Source: Convolutriloba macropyga (taxonomy: Eukaryota). From it: a stretch of DNA of 54,385 nt. The notes below the pieces were generated by a model. The model saw only the letters and a list, made by a program, of their open reading frames with translations, did no database searches and was not told where the DNA came from. The DNA lies in assembly GCF_964194025.1 (NCBI RefSeq), contig NW_027449238.1:1-54385 (forward strand), given 5' to 3'. Both the position numbers and the translations under genes were made by a program. This document shows, in pieces, positions 40,500-54,100 of this stretch (its first letter is position 1; the number at the start of each line of letters is the position of its first letter).

Positions 40500-43400
40500 A
40501 TGCAGTGTCCATGCAGGCTATCAGTTTTGCATTGGATGATGCCACTCAATTTCCCATACCACGGGTGCATTGGTCTCTCCCAGCCTGTTTAGAGAGATTG
40601 GAGTCAGAGTGGGTGTGCATACCGAGACAGTTCTTGACTAATTCGGGATGAAGGTTGTCTCCCAGTTCAGCCGACAATGTCTGAAGGCACTCTCCGAGAC
40701 TTATCGTTTCGCCTACCCTGGAACATTCCCTTACGTACCATCATCGAGTTGCTCTTTCTTGGAATGTGGTGGCCCTACCTATCTGCTGGCTGTTGTTTGC
40801 AATTGGAGTTGAAGAATATGAGCAGCCCTTTTCAGGAGCCTGGATCCACCCCTCTGCACCGGTCAGGGTCAAGCGCGCAGTTGTGGTTTTCCATCAACAC
40901 GAGTCAGGAATTCCGTAGTTCAGCGTGTCTTCAGTCTCCACCTGGTTCTGATGTATGGTGCGTGATACTAGTTGACCGAGTCAGGAATTGGCCTGACCTC
41001 TTCTGCCTTGTCACAGTATCCAAGTACGAAAGAACTGCGTGCTTGCTGCTATTCTTCCTTGCCTCATCAAACGGAGTTTCATTCCATCTATCCCTATCAT
41101 GTGCACAGAGAGCGGAATTCTGAGGAATTACAGGCTTGTCCCACTGCCGCAATGTCCTCCCCACAGCATATAATATATCACATTGGTTCCGCAGCAAGTA
41201 GACATGGTGAGTGCCGACGGTGCCTCTTACCTTAGATTCTCGTCTGCTCCATACTGCATCAACAGTTTGACCAACGGTAACAATCCTTCCGCACATGCTA
41301 TGTGTAGGGCGGTGCGGCGGTCGTAGTCGCCAAGAGAAGGATCAGCGCCGTGTTCCAGGTACAACTTCAAGAGGTCAGCCTTTCCCCTGGATGGATGTAG
41401 CAGCAATGCATGTCAGACAAAAGTCAATAGGTTTGGCTTGACCCTCCAGTCTCATCCAGGCACAGACAGCACCTCACGTTGCTGAGAGGAGAGGCGCTGT
41501 TCACCTGTAAACAACATTGCACAGGACAGATCCAGCGTCTTCCAGGCAGAGGTCAGCGCCATACTGTCTCAAGAGCGCGGCGGCATCTGAGTTCAAACTC
41601 TTCACGGCATCATGTAGCGGGGTGCCGCCCATGATATCCTGCAAAGCAACAGGCAATCATGCAGTCAACTTCCGCCTTGGGCCACCAACATTCTGGGGGT
41701 CAGAACAAGCATGAACCTCAGGAAACTACAACAAGTATAAGTGCAACCATCTGGTACGTACTCTTTCCAGTTCCAAGGACGGCAAAACAAGTTATAGCTG
41801 GAGAAAAGCCGAACCGTGGGGTAAGGGGAGGATCACGTCACCTTGACATTCACGTCTGCTCCTTTTTCAAGGATAAGGAATCGGAGAACTTCGAGGCGTC
41901 CGTTTGCGGCCGCCACATGCAACGGTCGGCGTCCATCGTAGTCCCCCCTGTTATGTGTGATGTGGCCAGGATCAGTGAGTGACTTACGGATGCTGCTGTA
42001 GAGACGCTGCAATCCGACATGTGCTGACCCGTGTGCGTTGAGTTGGGGGAGTTACATATTGATGTCGTGCTGCGGGTCGGACTGGAGAATGTATTTCAGC
42101 TGCCGTACATTGCCACTGGAGCAGGCGTAGCACAGCTTGGTCACCAGGTCTGTTTTCATTGCTGTGACAAATGCCATGACCTGTACAGAACCCAATCGAT
42201 CATATGAACTGACAGCAAGCATTCACAAATCGTTTTGCACTGCCATTCGAAGCTCAACCACAAACACTTCTGGCGCCGAGCAGAGAAGTGCAAGTACCTT
42301 TGAGATCCTAGTCTCCACGTCAGGCGCTTCTGCGGCATCCAGTTTCCTCAGGATCTGCTCAAGGTTGAAACAGCAAATCCTGTGATCCATCTTGTTGCGC
42401 TTGCATGCATCTTGCATGGCCGCGACCGGGATCACCAGCATCTTCACAAGGGTTTCGGACCAGTAGGAAAACGCCTGCATGCCCAGCAACCGAAACGTGC
42501 ATCACAACAACTCCTCCCATACGTTTCAAGCTCGCAGACAGTGCTGACAACGTGCAGATCGATGGGTAGTGCAGTCCAAGGGGAACAGCTGAAGAATAGC
42601 CAGCTCCATGCAAACGCCAGCGGCTGTCTTTACCACCGGCAGGTCGCAGAGAACAGTCTCCTCGCCAAACACGGCGCCTTCTGATTGACATCTCAGGCGG
42701 TGTCCGTCGGCATTGTACACAGCCACAGTGCCTGACAATACGAAATACAGGTGAGGTGATCGCTCTCCTGCGTGCACTATTGGTGAGTGGCAGTGAACGA
42801 ACTCCGAGTGAGCGGTCTGTGAAATGCTGTCGATAAAGGAGTCTGAGACGCCCTGCACGCAGCATTGGAATCGCACACAAAAACAGCATACAGTTGATTT
42901 TCGAGCCAAAACCGTTTGGCGGGTAGCCCCAAGGCTGTAGCGTTGTTTTTGAAGCAAAGCTGCAATGTGAAACAGGGCTCGCTCCCCCGCAGCCATCTGC
43001 ATCTATGCAGGATGCGGCGCCATCTTTCCAGTGACGCATGGTTCTGTCCACGAAACGCCTGACCGAAATTAAGACAGGTGATGCAGGAATGATTTCTGGC
43101 TTCGAGGGCCATCAGAACCGTGGAGTTTCCTATCCGCGTCGCCCCACAAACAAGACACCTCCGGCTGCACGCCCCTCCATCTCTCATGCTGACAGAGGGA
43201 CCAAACATCGTGTGCGCTCCAGTGGATTCAAAAGGATACCACTACATGCTAGCGCCAGAGAGGCCAAGCCTCGGAAATCACCGACCGTACGCAACAAAAC
43301 GGAGCCAACAAATGGTGTGGGCCGTGCCTCCGGGTCGATTGATCCTGTAGCAAGTAATGGTGTCTAGACAGAGAGGCAGGGAGAGACCAGGGCAGAGCCC

Positions 43401-45832
43401 AGTTGTCACCTGCAAAGATGGCAGCAAGCATTCGCGCCCTCAAAGCCTGGGAGAGCATGGCAGACTCACCCGGAACAAAATGCAGTCTATGAGCTTGCCC
43501 CTGTAGAGAGACGAGAGTATGCGGGTGCGGATGGAGGGTGCGCAATGCTGCAAGACATCATCTCGCTCGCCCTGCATGTCTTGATTGAGCTTCAGATGCT
43601 TCAGGGCTGCGTCCATCAGCTCAGGATCGATGTTCTGTGGGCAGGACACCAAGCATGCAGCACAACAGCTCAGTGATGGAAGGCGTGCTCGTTTGACTGC
43701 ACGTTCTCTTTGCACTCCACGGCTGCAGGCAGCATCCGGGTCTGGAGGAATGGCCAAGCCACAACAGGAAGCAATCGTGGCAAGAGACAGGTACAAAAGC
43801 GCTCGATACGATAATGATGACATTCCCAGGGGGGGGGGGGGGGTATTGTACCTTGCGCTGCAGGAATTGCTTCACTTGGGTTACGGTGGCCCTGTACTCC
43901 AAAACACACGAGTCTGCCTTCGTTGCAAGCATTGTTGTGTTGCCAACAATGTAGGCTGTGAGGCCAATATTGAGAATCTGCAACAAGCACAAGTCTGGCC
44001 ATCAGTGCTTGCGTTCGTCCACCACGGGGCTGGGGATGGCAGGCCTCCATGCCCTGTGATGGTTTGCAAGTCAGCCCATGCTGCCCCGTACTCTCCTTCT
44101 CAAGCAGAAGCGGCACGCACATTGAATAGGGGACCCTGGCGCCACAACGGATTGCCCTGAGTTCGCATGAACAAAGGTGAGACGCCAATGCCATACCATT
44201 GTGCAGAGGGTATAAAACCTCTCGTCATCATTCATGGGTGTAAGATCTCCGTATCCCGTTGTGGATATCGTCGTGTACGTCCAGTAGAGGCTACTCAAAT
44301 AGTGATCCCAAGCCGTCTGGAGGGCAGCCAGAACGTATGGATGGATGGGATGCATGCGCGTCATCGATTCGCAAATCACAGGAAAACGAAATGCCTGCTT
44401 GTCTCCCATACGGCTCGGGACAGGCTTGGATGGCGCGCCGAAAACGCAGGGGGGTCCAGTGTCGCCAAGAATGCATTACCTGTCCTTCCTGCAGCTCACC
44501 AAAATGGGTCACCCAGGTGGTGCTGTCGAAGTCCTTCATGTATGCCAGGTACCAGAAACCGCACGCTTGGAAGTGCGCCACCAGCAACAGGATGGAAAGC
44601 AGCTTGAATACAACGGCGGTGTAGTAGTTGAACTCAATCTGTCGGCAGCCGAGCACAGTGTGTCACTTGGTGTCTTCTGACATCCAGGAGCTGAGTGGCG
44701 GAACACGCAGCAAGCAAACAGGCAGTGTAGGGACAGCTGCACGTTACATTCTCCTCCATGCTTCGAATGAGATGCGCCACCCATCGCAGCCGCAGCAGCC
44801 GCAGCAGTGACAGGGCCGTGCATAACCCGACAGCCTCCCGGTACCATAAAAGGAGCAAGCTGCAGGGTGGCAGGAGCACACAATCAACAGCCCGAAATCA
44901 AACTTGGCAGGCAGGCTTTCCAAGGCAGGTACTGAATGGCCTGGGGACGATGAGATGGCCGCTCAGCGATTCTATCACCTGTCCATGGGATAGGCGGCCA
45001 TCATATCCATGAAGAAGTACCCTCCACAGAGGTATGTCCAGGCGATCTCTCTTGGTTTAGCGATGACAGCTCCATGGTGATATTTGGGGATGAAAAATTT
45101 GGAGAGTACGTCCAGCACAAAGAGCGCATCCATCACGGCTGTGAGGACGGGGAAGTTTGCTTGGAACGCAACGGTGACCGGAACCTGAGGAGGCCAGAGA
45201 CACTCAGAATGGATGGGTGGAAGGCTCACGGTGAGCCGTGTAAGGGAGGTCATCGATGCGTGGGGAATCATGCCCAGAAAAACAGCATTACCGACTCACC
45301 TGGAAAGCAGTTACGTAGGCCAGCAGAATCATCACGCCCGACCAACAGGCATACGCCAGGCTTTCTGTCTTGATCAGGACTGAGTTCTGGCCGCCCCATC
45401 TTGCCTGGTGACTGCGCTGGCTGGCGGGAGGCTCACCGCCCCCGACAGTGGTCTGGCCAGCAGGACTGCTACTTTCCTCGCAGGTAAAAGCGTGCAGGCT
45501 TCTCTGCATTCCAGCAAAGGGATGGCGGGATGAGACGCGACATGAGCTTCTGGAGATATGCATATAGATAGAAGGAAACCAGGCAAGAATCTGAGGCATA
45601 TATATACGCACTGAAATGAAGCATAATTCCGGCAACTCCAGAGGAAGGCCAGGGCATCAATCACCCCCCAACGGAAAGGCGGATGAACACAAGCAAGCCA
45701 ATGAATTAAATTAAGTCTGCTCTGCCCAAGTCAAAGATGAAGAGTACTTACTGGAATAGTGTCCGTCAGCAAGGGCTCGTGCAGTGATGTACAGGTCTGC
45801 GCATCCATGGGTCGCTGCGAGAGAACCGGCAT
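40500..45832 (-). CDS. Multi-exon plant Shaker-type voltage-gated K+ channel with CNBD and ankyrin repeats (ends approximate)
   Basis: S4 LLRLLRLRWV; S5 AHFQACGFWYLA; pore YLSSLYWTYTTISTTGYGDLTP; S6 ILNIGLTAYIVGN; CNBD LYFVLSG and FGEE; ankyrins GTPLHDA, DYDRRTALHIAC, DRWNETPFDEA; GT-AG introns. Confidence 0.93.
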
Positions 45833-46339
45833 GGTTTGCAATCCTATGCACGCATAAACTTGAACTTAAAACCAAGGTAAGAGCAAGAGTTGTCCTGCGA
45901 ACAGGTGGATATCTTTCAACCTCATGTCATGAGCAGCCAGGGTGAGCAAGAACAGTCTCTGCTTGGACCATACTGAATCATGGTCGTACCTACCTGGCAG
46001 AGAATTCAACGTTTGAATATATCTTCCCTTCCAAACATATATAGGCTGGTTTCTTCAGCTGCCAAGCGAAGGGAGTTGCAGAGTTGAGTACCCTACTGTA
46101 ACCATGGCGCAGAGCCAAACGGAATTATCAGCAACTACCAGTTGTGGTACACGGATATCTAGTGAATAGAGACATCAAACGCCCCAACTGCAGAAGCGAT
46201 CAGCAACACATGGATGCGGCTGGCATTCGCAAACGTCGATCGAAACACACTTGAGTCGAGGATACGGCCCCAAGGTTTCCCAAAAGTGGGTGTCGACATG
46301 AACGACACAGCCGGCCCGAGCAGCCCACCCCTTCTCGCT

Positions 46340-47000
46340 ACAGTACGGGGGCTATGGTAGGTGTGAGAGGTGTTTACAATACCTTAGTCGACAGCAGATA
46401 GAGTATGGGCCCCCAGCTTCCGGTCCACCATCAGTCATCTCTGAGGGCACAGTAACTGTTGCGATCACCAGTTTGCGATCGTAGCCGATCGATACGTTGG
46501 AGAGTACAGATACGGCGTTGTACGAGTAGCAGGTACGAGTATAAATTATAATAATCATTACGGCGGTGATCCTGTATACAGAGTATATACGCACTGCATA
46601 CTCGACCGGTAGGGGTAGGTACTGGGTAGGAGATACCTAGTACGAGTACGAGTACTTACCCCACCTGCAGCTCCAGAGGGCTGACGACTCCCGAGGCCGG
46701 ATTGAGATATCGCAGATGTCGGTAGTACCCTAGCCCTTTAGTTAGTAGGGTCCGACTATAATATGGATATACCCTAGATGGCATACTCGTATCCGTACGG
46801 GTGCGCTATCTATGTAGATAGGGTCATAGGGTACCCTACCGGTAGCCAGTACAGTAGCCGGTAGGCGGTAGGACGTAGCGCGTACATTATTTATTAACGT
46901 AGGGTAGGGTACGCAGTACGCACCTCTGTAATGAATGTACACTGCTTGTACGAGTAGGGTACCCTACTCTCGATATAGAGAAATGGCAGTAGGTTCGTAC
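46340..47000. promoter_or_regulatory. GTAC-rich putative bidirectional promoter between the channel and protease genes
   Basis: 19 GTAC by hand count; lies between divergently oriented genes. Confidence 0.55.
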
Positions 47001-47090
47001 AGCTGAACAGCATGCGCCTGCGGCGTGCGCCTGCCGGGCTGGGCCTCGCAAACCGGCCCCGCTCCACCTGTAATCACCAATTGTCGACGT

Positions 47091-49467
47091 ATGGACACGC
47101 CGGGTGACGGCGGACATGTAATGCCTTTTGTATCGCAAGTAAGATACGTGGATAGGGATACTCTGCGAAGCCTTCGGTTCCTTGTACGTATCTCAACGCG
47201 TCTCCCGAACCTACATTTCAATCGTTCGGAGAATCAGTGCCTTGAGCCGCGTTCCAACGACTGATCGGACAGCGGGAGGCAGACTTGGCACTCTCAAACG
47301 CCTCAGCGAAGGACTCCATGTTTTGTCACACCCAAGGCATAGGGCGGCTTGCGTGGGGGCCGCTAACTCTTGGAGAGAGCCACAGGCAGGTCCACGGCAT
47401 CACATCAGCGAAGAAGAGTAAAGGGTCAACCTCCAAGAAGAGGAGGAGGAACAAGAAGAATAAGAATGCAAGGGTTGGCAGTGAAGCTCCGGATGATGTT
47501 CTCAGCTCTGATGTGATCGCTGCACCCATGGCCATGGAGTCTTCACCCAAGTCAGGTGACATGCAGAAACCTGAGACTCTGCAAGCAGGACCAGAACTGG
47601 GCTGGAGCTTTCTCCCAAAGGAAGAGGAACCCAGGCCCGAGCCCTTTGAGTCAGAGGAAGAGGAAGAGGCGCGCACTCCCCCCCCCCCCCCCCCCATCTC
47701 GTCCCAGGCTTTATGCCACGAATCACCACCCTGTTGCATAGCCCCATCCCTGCCCAACGCTGATGTCTGATGCGTTTCTCAAGGCTTCCACATTCTGCAC
47801 TGCTCCCACTGCACCGATACGACAAGTCAGTTAGTATTAACTTTCGTGCGCCAATTCCCAGGATTATCAGCCCACCCTTGACCTTGTAGCGGGTGGATCA
47901 GCCGATGCCGGTGAACAGCTTCCAGCCGTGACCAGGTCTCAGGTGAATGCAGAGCCCCATGTGAAAGTAGTTGATCCCAAGCCCCATCTTCAACCGCTCT
48001 GCGTGCATGGCTGACTGTGTGTGGCGCCTTTACAGATCCTGGGAGCATGCGTCCGGGTTTCCCTGGGTATGCTGGCGGTGACCCTGCCTTCGCGGGGATA
48101 CGCTTCCATTATGGCGGCGAGCGCAATGGGGACCAACCAGGATGACGTGGACCGTCTCCTCAGCTGTGAGTGGATTTTGCTGATGCGTGGGGTTTTGGCC
48201 TGTACTTGTGAGTGCTCCAGATGTTGTCGCATCCCTGGCGCTTTCTCAGTTGTGTCTTCTGCTGCTGTCTGAGCGACGCTGTGCTGTGTGCAGTGCCGAC
48301 ATCCGTCGATGGTGCACATATTGCCTCGGCTGTTGCGGTCGCCGCATTAGTGACTGCTGCGCGATTCTCTTTGCTCCAGGTGCTGTTGACTTTCAGATCC
48401 CAGTGCTCACACCGTTTGCTTGCATTGTGTTGTGTCATTGGCTGTTGTCCCGATATCCTTAGCTTGGATCGGGCACCCCTGCTGCGCAGGTCTGGCCAGA
48501 CTTTGCAGCTGCAACCGATCGCTCCAACCAGCAGGCAAGTCCAATCACCACCACACTTTGCCAGGCTCCGCTCGCCTGAAAGTTGGTTCCCTTCTCTCGC
48601 GTATGCATGGCAGATGCACCCTCGTGCCGCGTTGACAGTTCTTTGCTCGGTAGGTGTTGCCGGTGCTGGGCCCCTTGGATCTGGCCGTGGTTGCTGTCCT
48701 GCCCGGGATTTCCGAGGAGGTTCTCTTCCGCGGCACCCTCATACCTGCAACATTTCCAGATTGGTACGAATTTGTGCACCTTGTGCCATTGCAACTATCC
48801 GTGAAGCACAAATTCCACCCCCAGCGCTGCCGCTTTGCTGCCTCATGGGTCTGTGGCCCAATGCTACCCCCGAATCGCACGCACTCTGTCCCTAATCCTT
48901 CCTACCACTTTGCAGCCCCCGTCCCTTTCTGCCCCTTCCGACCTGTCCCCTTCTGTCCTTCTCTTCCCACCCATAGCCTTCCCTTCCCCCCCAGCGTAAA
49001 TCACTTGCATGCTAATGCAGGAGGGGAGTTATTCTTGCCGGAGCCTTGTTTGGTGTCTTGCACAACAATGGTGGCCGCAACTGGGCTTTCGCAGCTTGGG
49101 CAGGTGCTGTTGGGGTTCTTTATGGGATGCTCTTCCTCTACACTGAGGTAAGTCCATGGCACTGATGTAGATGCACTGCCTCTTTGCGTTTTACTGCACC
49201 TGCCAGGGCTGTGATCTTGCTGCGATATGTTGAGGCTGCCTGGTCGCACTGACACCGCTTGCGGAGCACCCCACCTCCCGCGCCCTGTGCATTTTGGCGA
49301 CATCGTCGCCGGCCAGCACTTGGTAACATAACAAACTGTTGATACCAATACTTTTGCGTTGGTTGACCCACCAGGATCTGTTAGCACCGGTGATGGCTCA
49401 CTCGCTTGCCAACCTCGGATCAGCCAGCCTATGGCTAGCAACTCGGAATGGCAAAAGTCTCAGCTAG
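47091..49467 (+). CDS. Multi-exon CPBP/Abi (CAAX protease, Rce1-like) intramembrane endopeptidase; start codon and middle exons uncertain
   Basis: LPGISEEVLFRG (EExxxR), ALFGVLHNNGGRNWAFAAWA (FxxxH), APVMAHSLANL (HxxxN); stop at 49465-49467. Confidence 0.88.
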
Positions 49468-50399
49468 CTGCCCAAGGGCGCCAGTCCTTGGCCGATCGAA
49501 GTTGCTCGAACAACGCGTTGATGCGATACCCCCTTTTTGTTCACTGGTAAACACAGCAGACAAGGGGAAGTTCCACAGCACAAAACGGATAGTGCTCTTC
49601 AGAGCTGCAGCGGAGGTGTTGGAGATGCACCTGGACGCAACTTGATGGTCTTCCTTGGAGGGCAGCGTGAGCAGGATGGCACTCAATGTTGACAGCGGTT
49701 GGCTAGGGATAGCTGAAGGGTGGTTCATCGGTAGACCTTGACGAGCCTTCCCTGAACCCACTCCGGGTATGTGTGCAGGCTGTCAAAATCAACTTGATGC
49801 TTGGTTGAATCCACTTGACGTGTGTTAGCTCTGTGTCCACCGAGGTGGCATGCCCTGCAGCGATGTGGGGGCCAGAGACAAGGGTGAAGGGAGAAGGGTT
49901 AGGTCCGATGGCTTCGTTACGACATCCATGCGGAAAGCAGAAAAGCCATAGATAGGGAACACCACTATCAAGGATAGAATTGGAACAGTGTGGATGGCTA
50001 AGACTCAATCGTGCTGGAGGAATGACTGGAAGGACAGTCACTGGAAATGGATGGTAGGAGGACGCGTTATGTACGAGGAATGACTGAAACCTCGGATGAC
50101 TTGGTGGCCATGCGGTTTTACGCCTGAGTACGCGGCATGCCATTCTGCTATGTGCGGTTCATAGCAGGGTGCCCCCTCCTGCCCCCGCGCGGGCGAGCCG
50201 CTGGCCACACCCCACTCAGGCCCTTCAGATTCGTTGTATCTGGAGTCGAAGGCGGCCAATCTTCCCACACGGCTGGACCTGGACAGTAACCATACATGCT
50301 ACTAGGCCCTGTCCTTAAACACTAAATTAGTTAACGGTGTATACATTGTCACCTGTACATGGGTGTACTTCTTGTCAGTTCCTTGCAGACAGAGAGCAT

Positions 50400-50880
50400 G
50401 CAGATGACTGATAGCGGACAGACTCAAAACGAAATCAGACAGACAGAAAAACGTACTTAGACAGCAGTGACACACACGGGGAGGCAGGCAGAATGCCAAA
50501 CTGATCACAGGATGCAGACGTGCAAACAAAGAAAGCAGACAGGCACAGAGAATAGGCAGGCCGGAAGACAAAGAACGCAATCAGACAGGCAGACAGCAAG
50601 CAGCAGCAACAGCTGGGCATCGGATGAGATCGCAACTAGGCAGACAGCAACAGTATGGGAGTAGGCGCAGAGTTAGGCAGGACCGGCAGACTGCGGCAGG
50701 CAAGGAACAGGAGCACATAGGCAGGCAGCCACGCCGCAGAAAGATATAGTCGGCCAGCAATAAAAGAGGACAAGCAAAAGCTCAGTGGGAGACCAAGAGC
50801 TACGTGCCCAGAGAGATTGAGGGAAACAGAGCTGTGGTGGGGACTCATACCGGGACATAAACAGACAGGGAGCAAGGGGA
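50400..50880 (+). repeat. Degenerate (GACA/GGCA)n low-complexity tract; a complementary (TGTC/TGCC)n tract lies at ~51800-51960
   Basis: Repeated agac/aggc tetramers with strong purine skew. Confidence 0.6.
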
Positions 50881-50939
50881 TCAGGACTGAGGGGAGCAGG
50901 GACGAAGGCGACAGGAGTGTGAGGAGTTTGTGATAAGGA

Positions 50940-51185
50940 TACCAGCTACGTGTGGAAGGGGGCAGGGGTGGGGGCAGGAAGGGGGGCTAGGAAAGGGACG
51001 GGAGCCACAGAGGGCTAGGGCAAAGGTAGCAGGTACGGGGGGCAGGAAGGGGGAGGGGGAGTTAAGGATGAAGGGCAAGAGGGAGGGGGGAATGGGGGGG
51101 AGGGGCAGAATTGTTGGGAACGACCTGAAAACGATGAGAAGGAGTAGAGAGGGAGGGAGGGTGGGTGGGGTGGGGTGGGTGAGGC
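50940..51185 (+). repeat. G-rich polypurine tract with many G3+ runs
   Basis: For example ggggcaggggtgggggcagg and gggggaatgggggggagggg. Confidence 0.7.
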
Positions 51186-54100
51186 ACAGCAAAGAGGACA
51201 TGGATGCAACTGTGAATAGGGGAGAAAAGTTGGGCGAGCTACAGGACAAAACCGAAGGGTGTCATTTGCGTCGGCGGGCACCGGGGAATCTGCCCGATCG
51301 CATTCGGCTCACTCATCGAAGAGGCGCAAGGTCACATATCGCTATGTGACAGTCGAGCACCGGTCACTGACTACTGAACCAGCCAACCAGGAGGCTCAGA
51401 ATCAGGATAAATGGAGATTCGAAACAACCGCGGTCACAGTTTCTGAACCGTCATGGTTTCAGGTAGGATCGAGTAGCAGGTATCGCTATATAGGGGTATG
51501 GGGAATTGGGGACACGCACGTCCCTGCGTAGGTAGGGATACCTACCCGATACCAAGTGGAGTGTTTGGGGGCGGCGGATCACATACACTCATACTACAAA
51601 AGTTTTGTCGCGTAGATTCCTACCCAGGGACCACTATACAGCCAGTCTCGCAATGTGGTTTAGAAGGTTGTCAGCCGATCCCTACCACGGAAGCCCTTGA
51701 CCGCTCGAGCAGGATCACTCATTGATGCACCCCACCCCTCACGCGGGCTGGGGAGCTGCCTGCATCTGCGCTCTTTCGTTTCTCAGTCACCCTGCAAGTG
51801 CAAGTACGTCTGTCTGCTGCGTGCGTGCCGGTCTTTCTTCTGGTTGTTTGTCATGCCTGTGTCTGCCTGGCCTCTTGTCCTGTCTTCCCGACTATCCGCT
51901 GCACGCCTAACAGTCTGTGTGTCTGTCTGTCCGACTCTGTCTGTGTGTCTGCCTGCATGATTACCTGGGATCAGTGTGTGCATGAGTGCTTTCACACATG
52001 CATGTCTATGTGTTGCGATAGCTTGTTGATATCCGGAAAGTAAGAATTTGTTGCATACTTGAAGCGGCAGCACAGACATGGCGTCACTCAAAACTCCATT
52101 CGTTCTCAAGCCACCATGAGTAGTTGTAGAAGAGGCCAATCATCGAAGCACGCGCCGATCAGTCCTTGGCGCCATGCTGATATCTCCAAACCCCAACCCA
52201 CCGATTCGGAGGCCTTGATCACGAAACTGGCGTTGCTGGGCTGGCTAGAGAGGCCGGATGGAAAGATGCGCGCAAAACACATGTGTCAGGAGGACTGCTG
52301 TCACCACTTTGAGAGAACCAGAGCGATATTCGGCAAAAGTTGCTTACCGTAAGCCCGTGGGGGTTCTCAGAGTATATTTTCTCCTCAATTGCAGCCTGGA
52401 AGCATTGCATTCAGTGAATGTGCAAGCGCAATTGACATTGACATGTGGCCACTGCTCCTGAATGTGGCTGAATGTTATAGATGATAGCACACCTGCATCT
52501 TGTTCAATTCTTGTTCTTCTGAAGCCTTGCGTCGCCGTTCCTGGCACCAGCGCACACCGAAGTCTTATCAGTTGTGGCAACTTTGCCGGCAACTGGCAAT
52601 CAAATCAGCTACCGCAACATCTGATGCTCCTCGTTTACTGTAATGCTGCTCAGTGGTCCAGAACATGAGTGATCTGACGGAAACGGTGGATAGACAGTAC
52701 AAACAGCTGCACGTCCTGCCGGCATGGGCAAGATACCTGTTCGACGGGATCGTCAGGATGAAGATAAATGCCCAGAGTATCGGTGGACTGAAACATGTTG
52801 CGATGTGCATCTCTGGCGATCCCTTGCTTTGGGGGCTCGGATCCTGACACAAACCCCAGATTGCGTAGCAACACATGCAGGAGATGAGAAAGATGTCAAA
52901 TGACAGCATCAAGCGCGGAATGATTGACGAGGGATGTGTCTCCACACAAACACGTGATGTACTGCAGGTAGGGGCTACCTTCCTGGGCAGCTTCAGGAAG
53001 CATGTCAACTGTAGAGGATACGCGGAGAGGGTTATCCTCGGACATGCGGTACAGATGGTGATTGGTCCCAACGCGGCTGTCTCTAACCTGGATCGAGGCA
53101 GGGCCGAGAAACCTTAGCATCCAGAGCAAACTTGGCAATCCGCAGGGTCAACGGGGCAGCCTGGGGCCTTCCAGAAAGCCAGCCATCATCTCGGTACCTT
53201 TCCAGTCATAGAATTCGCACGTAGGGTGGCAATCTCACATCTGCTACCAGAATCAGAGAAAAAAACGTGACCAAAACCCAAACGATGCGCCCTCCACCGT
53301 CCATTTGAGAAACAAAACATCAGAGCTTACCCTCGCAGCTTTCTCCTCGATCCTCTGAGCTTCCACTCTGAGATTCTCTTCATAAGCTACCTTGAGGGAC
53401 TGCACATAGACAGTCTCAGAAGGATTCGGCAGTATGCCCACCGGCTCCCTTTTTGTTCCACCAGTCAGGCTCAAATGAATATGTGCCCATGGGAGATCAA
53501 AGAACTGTGCCGTGCGCCTCGGATCTCCAAGTCAAACACAGGCCACGAACGACCTACCTGCTTCCTGAGACTTGGAGCCAGCTGCTCAGCTTGCTTCCTC
53601 AAGTTTTCCTCATACTTGCCCTGCTCGAACTGCTCCCTGTTCCCGTTTGGGTTTCATTGTAAGCCATGCCATGTGAGGTACGCAGGGTGGTTTGCAAACC
53701 ACGTGCACCCTGATCACTTGCATACACACTTTTACCTCTTGGAATACAGTACCGGGCCTCCTTCCGGAAGTCCAAACACGGCGCGCCCTGAATGTGGGGA
53801 ACAGGAGATCGGCTCAGGGGGCTGTCTCCATCACACGGCAGGCCAATGAACCGAACATCAAGGAGCACCGCCAGGAGCGGAAGCACCAGCAGTTGTATCA
53901 CAGAATGTGTTTCAAGTCCATGGCAATGGAGAGACTCACCTTGCTTGTCATATGTGAGGCTGGCCCGGGGCTGCTGGAATCGGTCCTGAGGCAAGTGGAA
54001 TCACCGTTTCAGCTTGCTGGTCCACTGACAGTACTTCAATTGTGCTGAAGAACAGTTGGCAAAATAACGGAAGATTGGCTAGGATGGCCCTATACCACAG

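Noticed and set aside
51190-51258. Synaptobrevin-like peptide DMDATVNRGEKLGELQDKTE
   Set aside because: Only ~20 residues next to a G-rich low-complexity tract, with no other SNARE exons, longin domain or TM segment found. It could be a gene relic but is not supportable.
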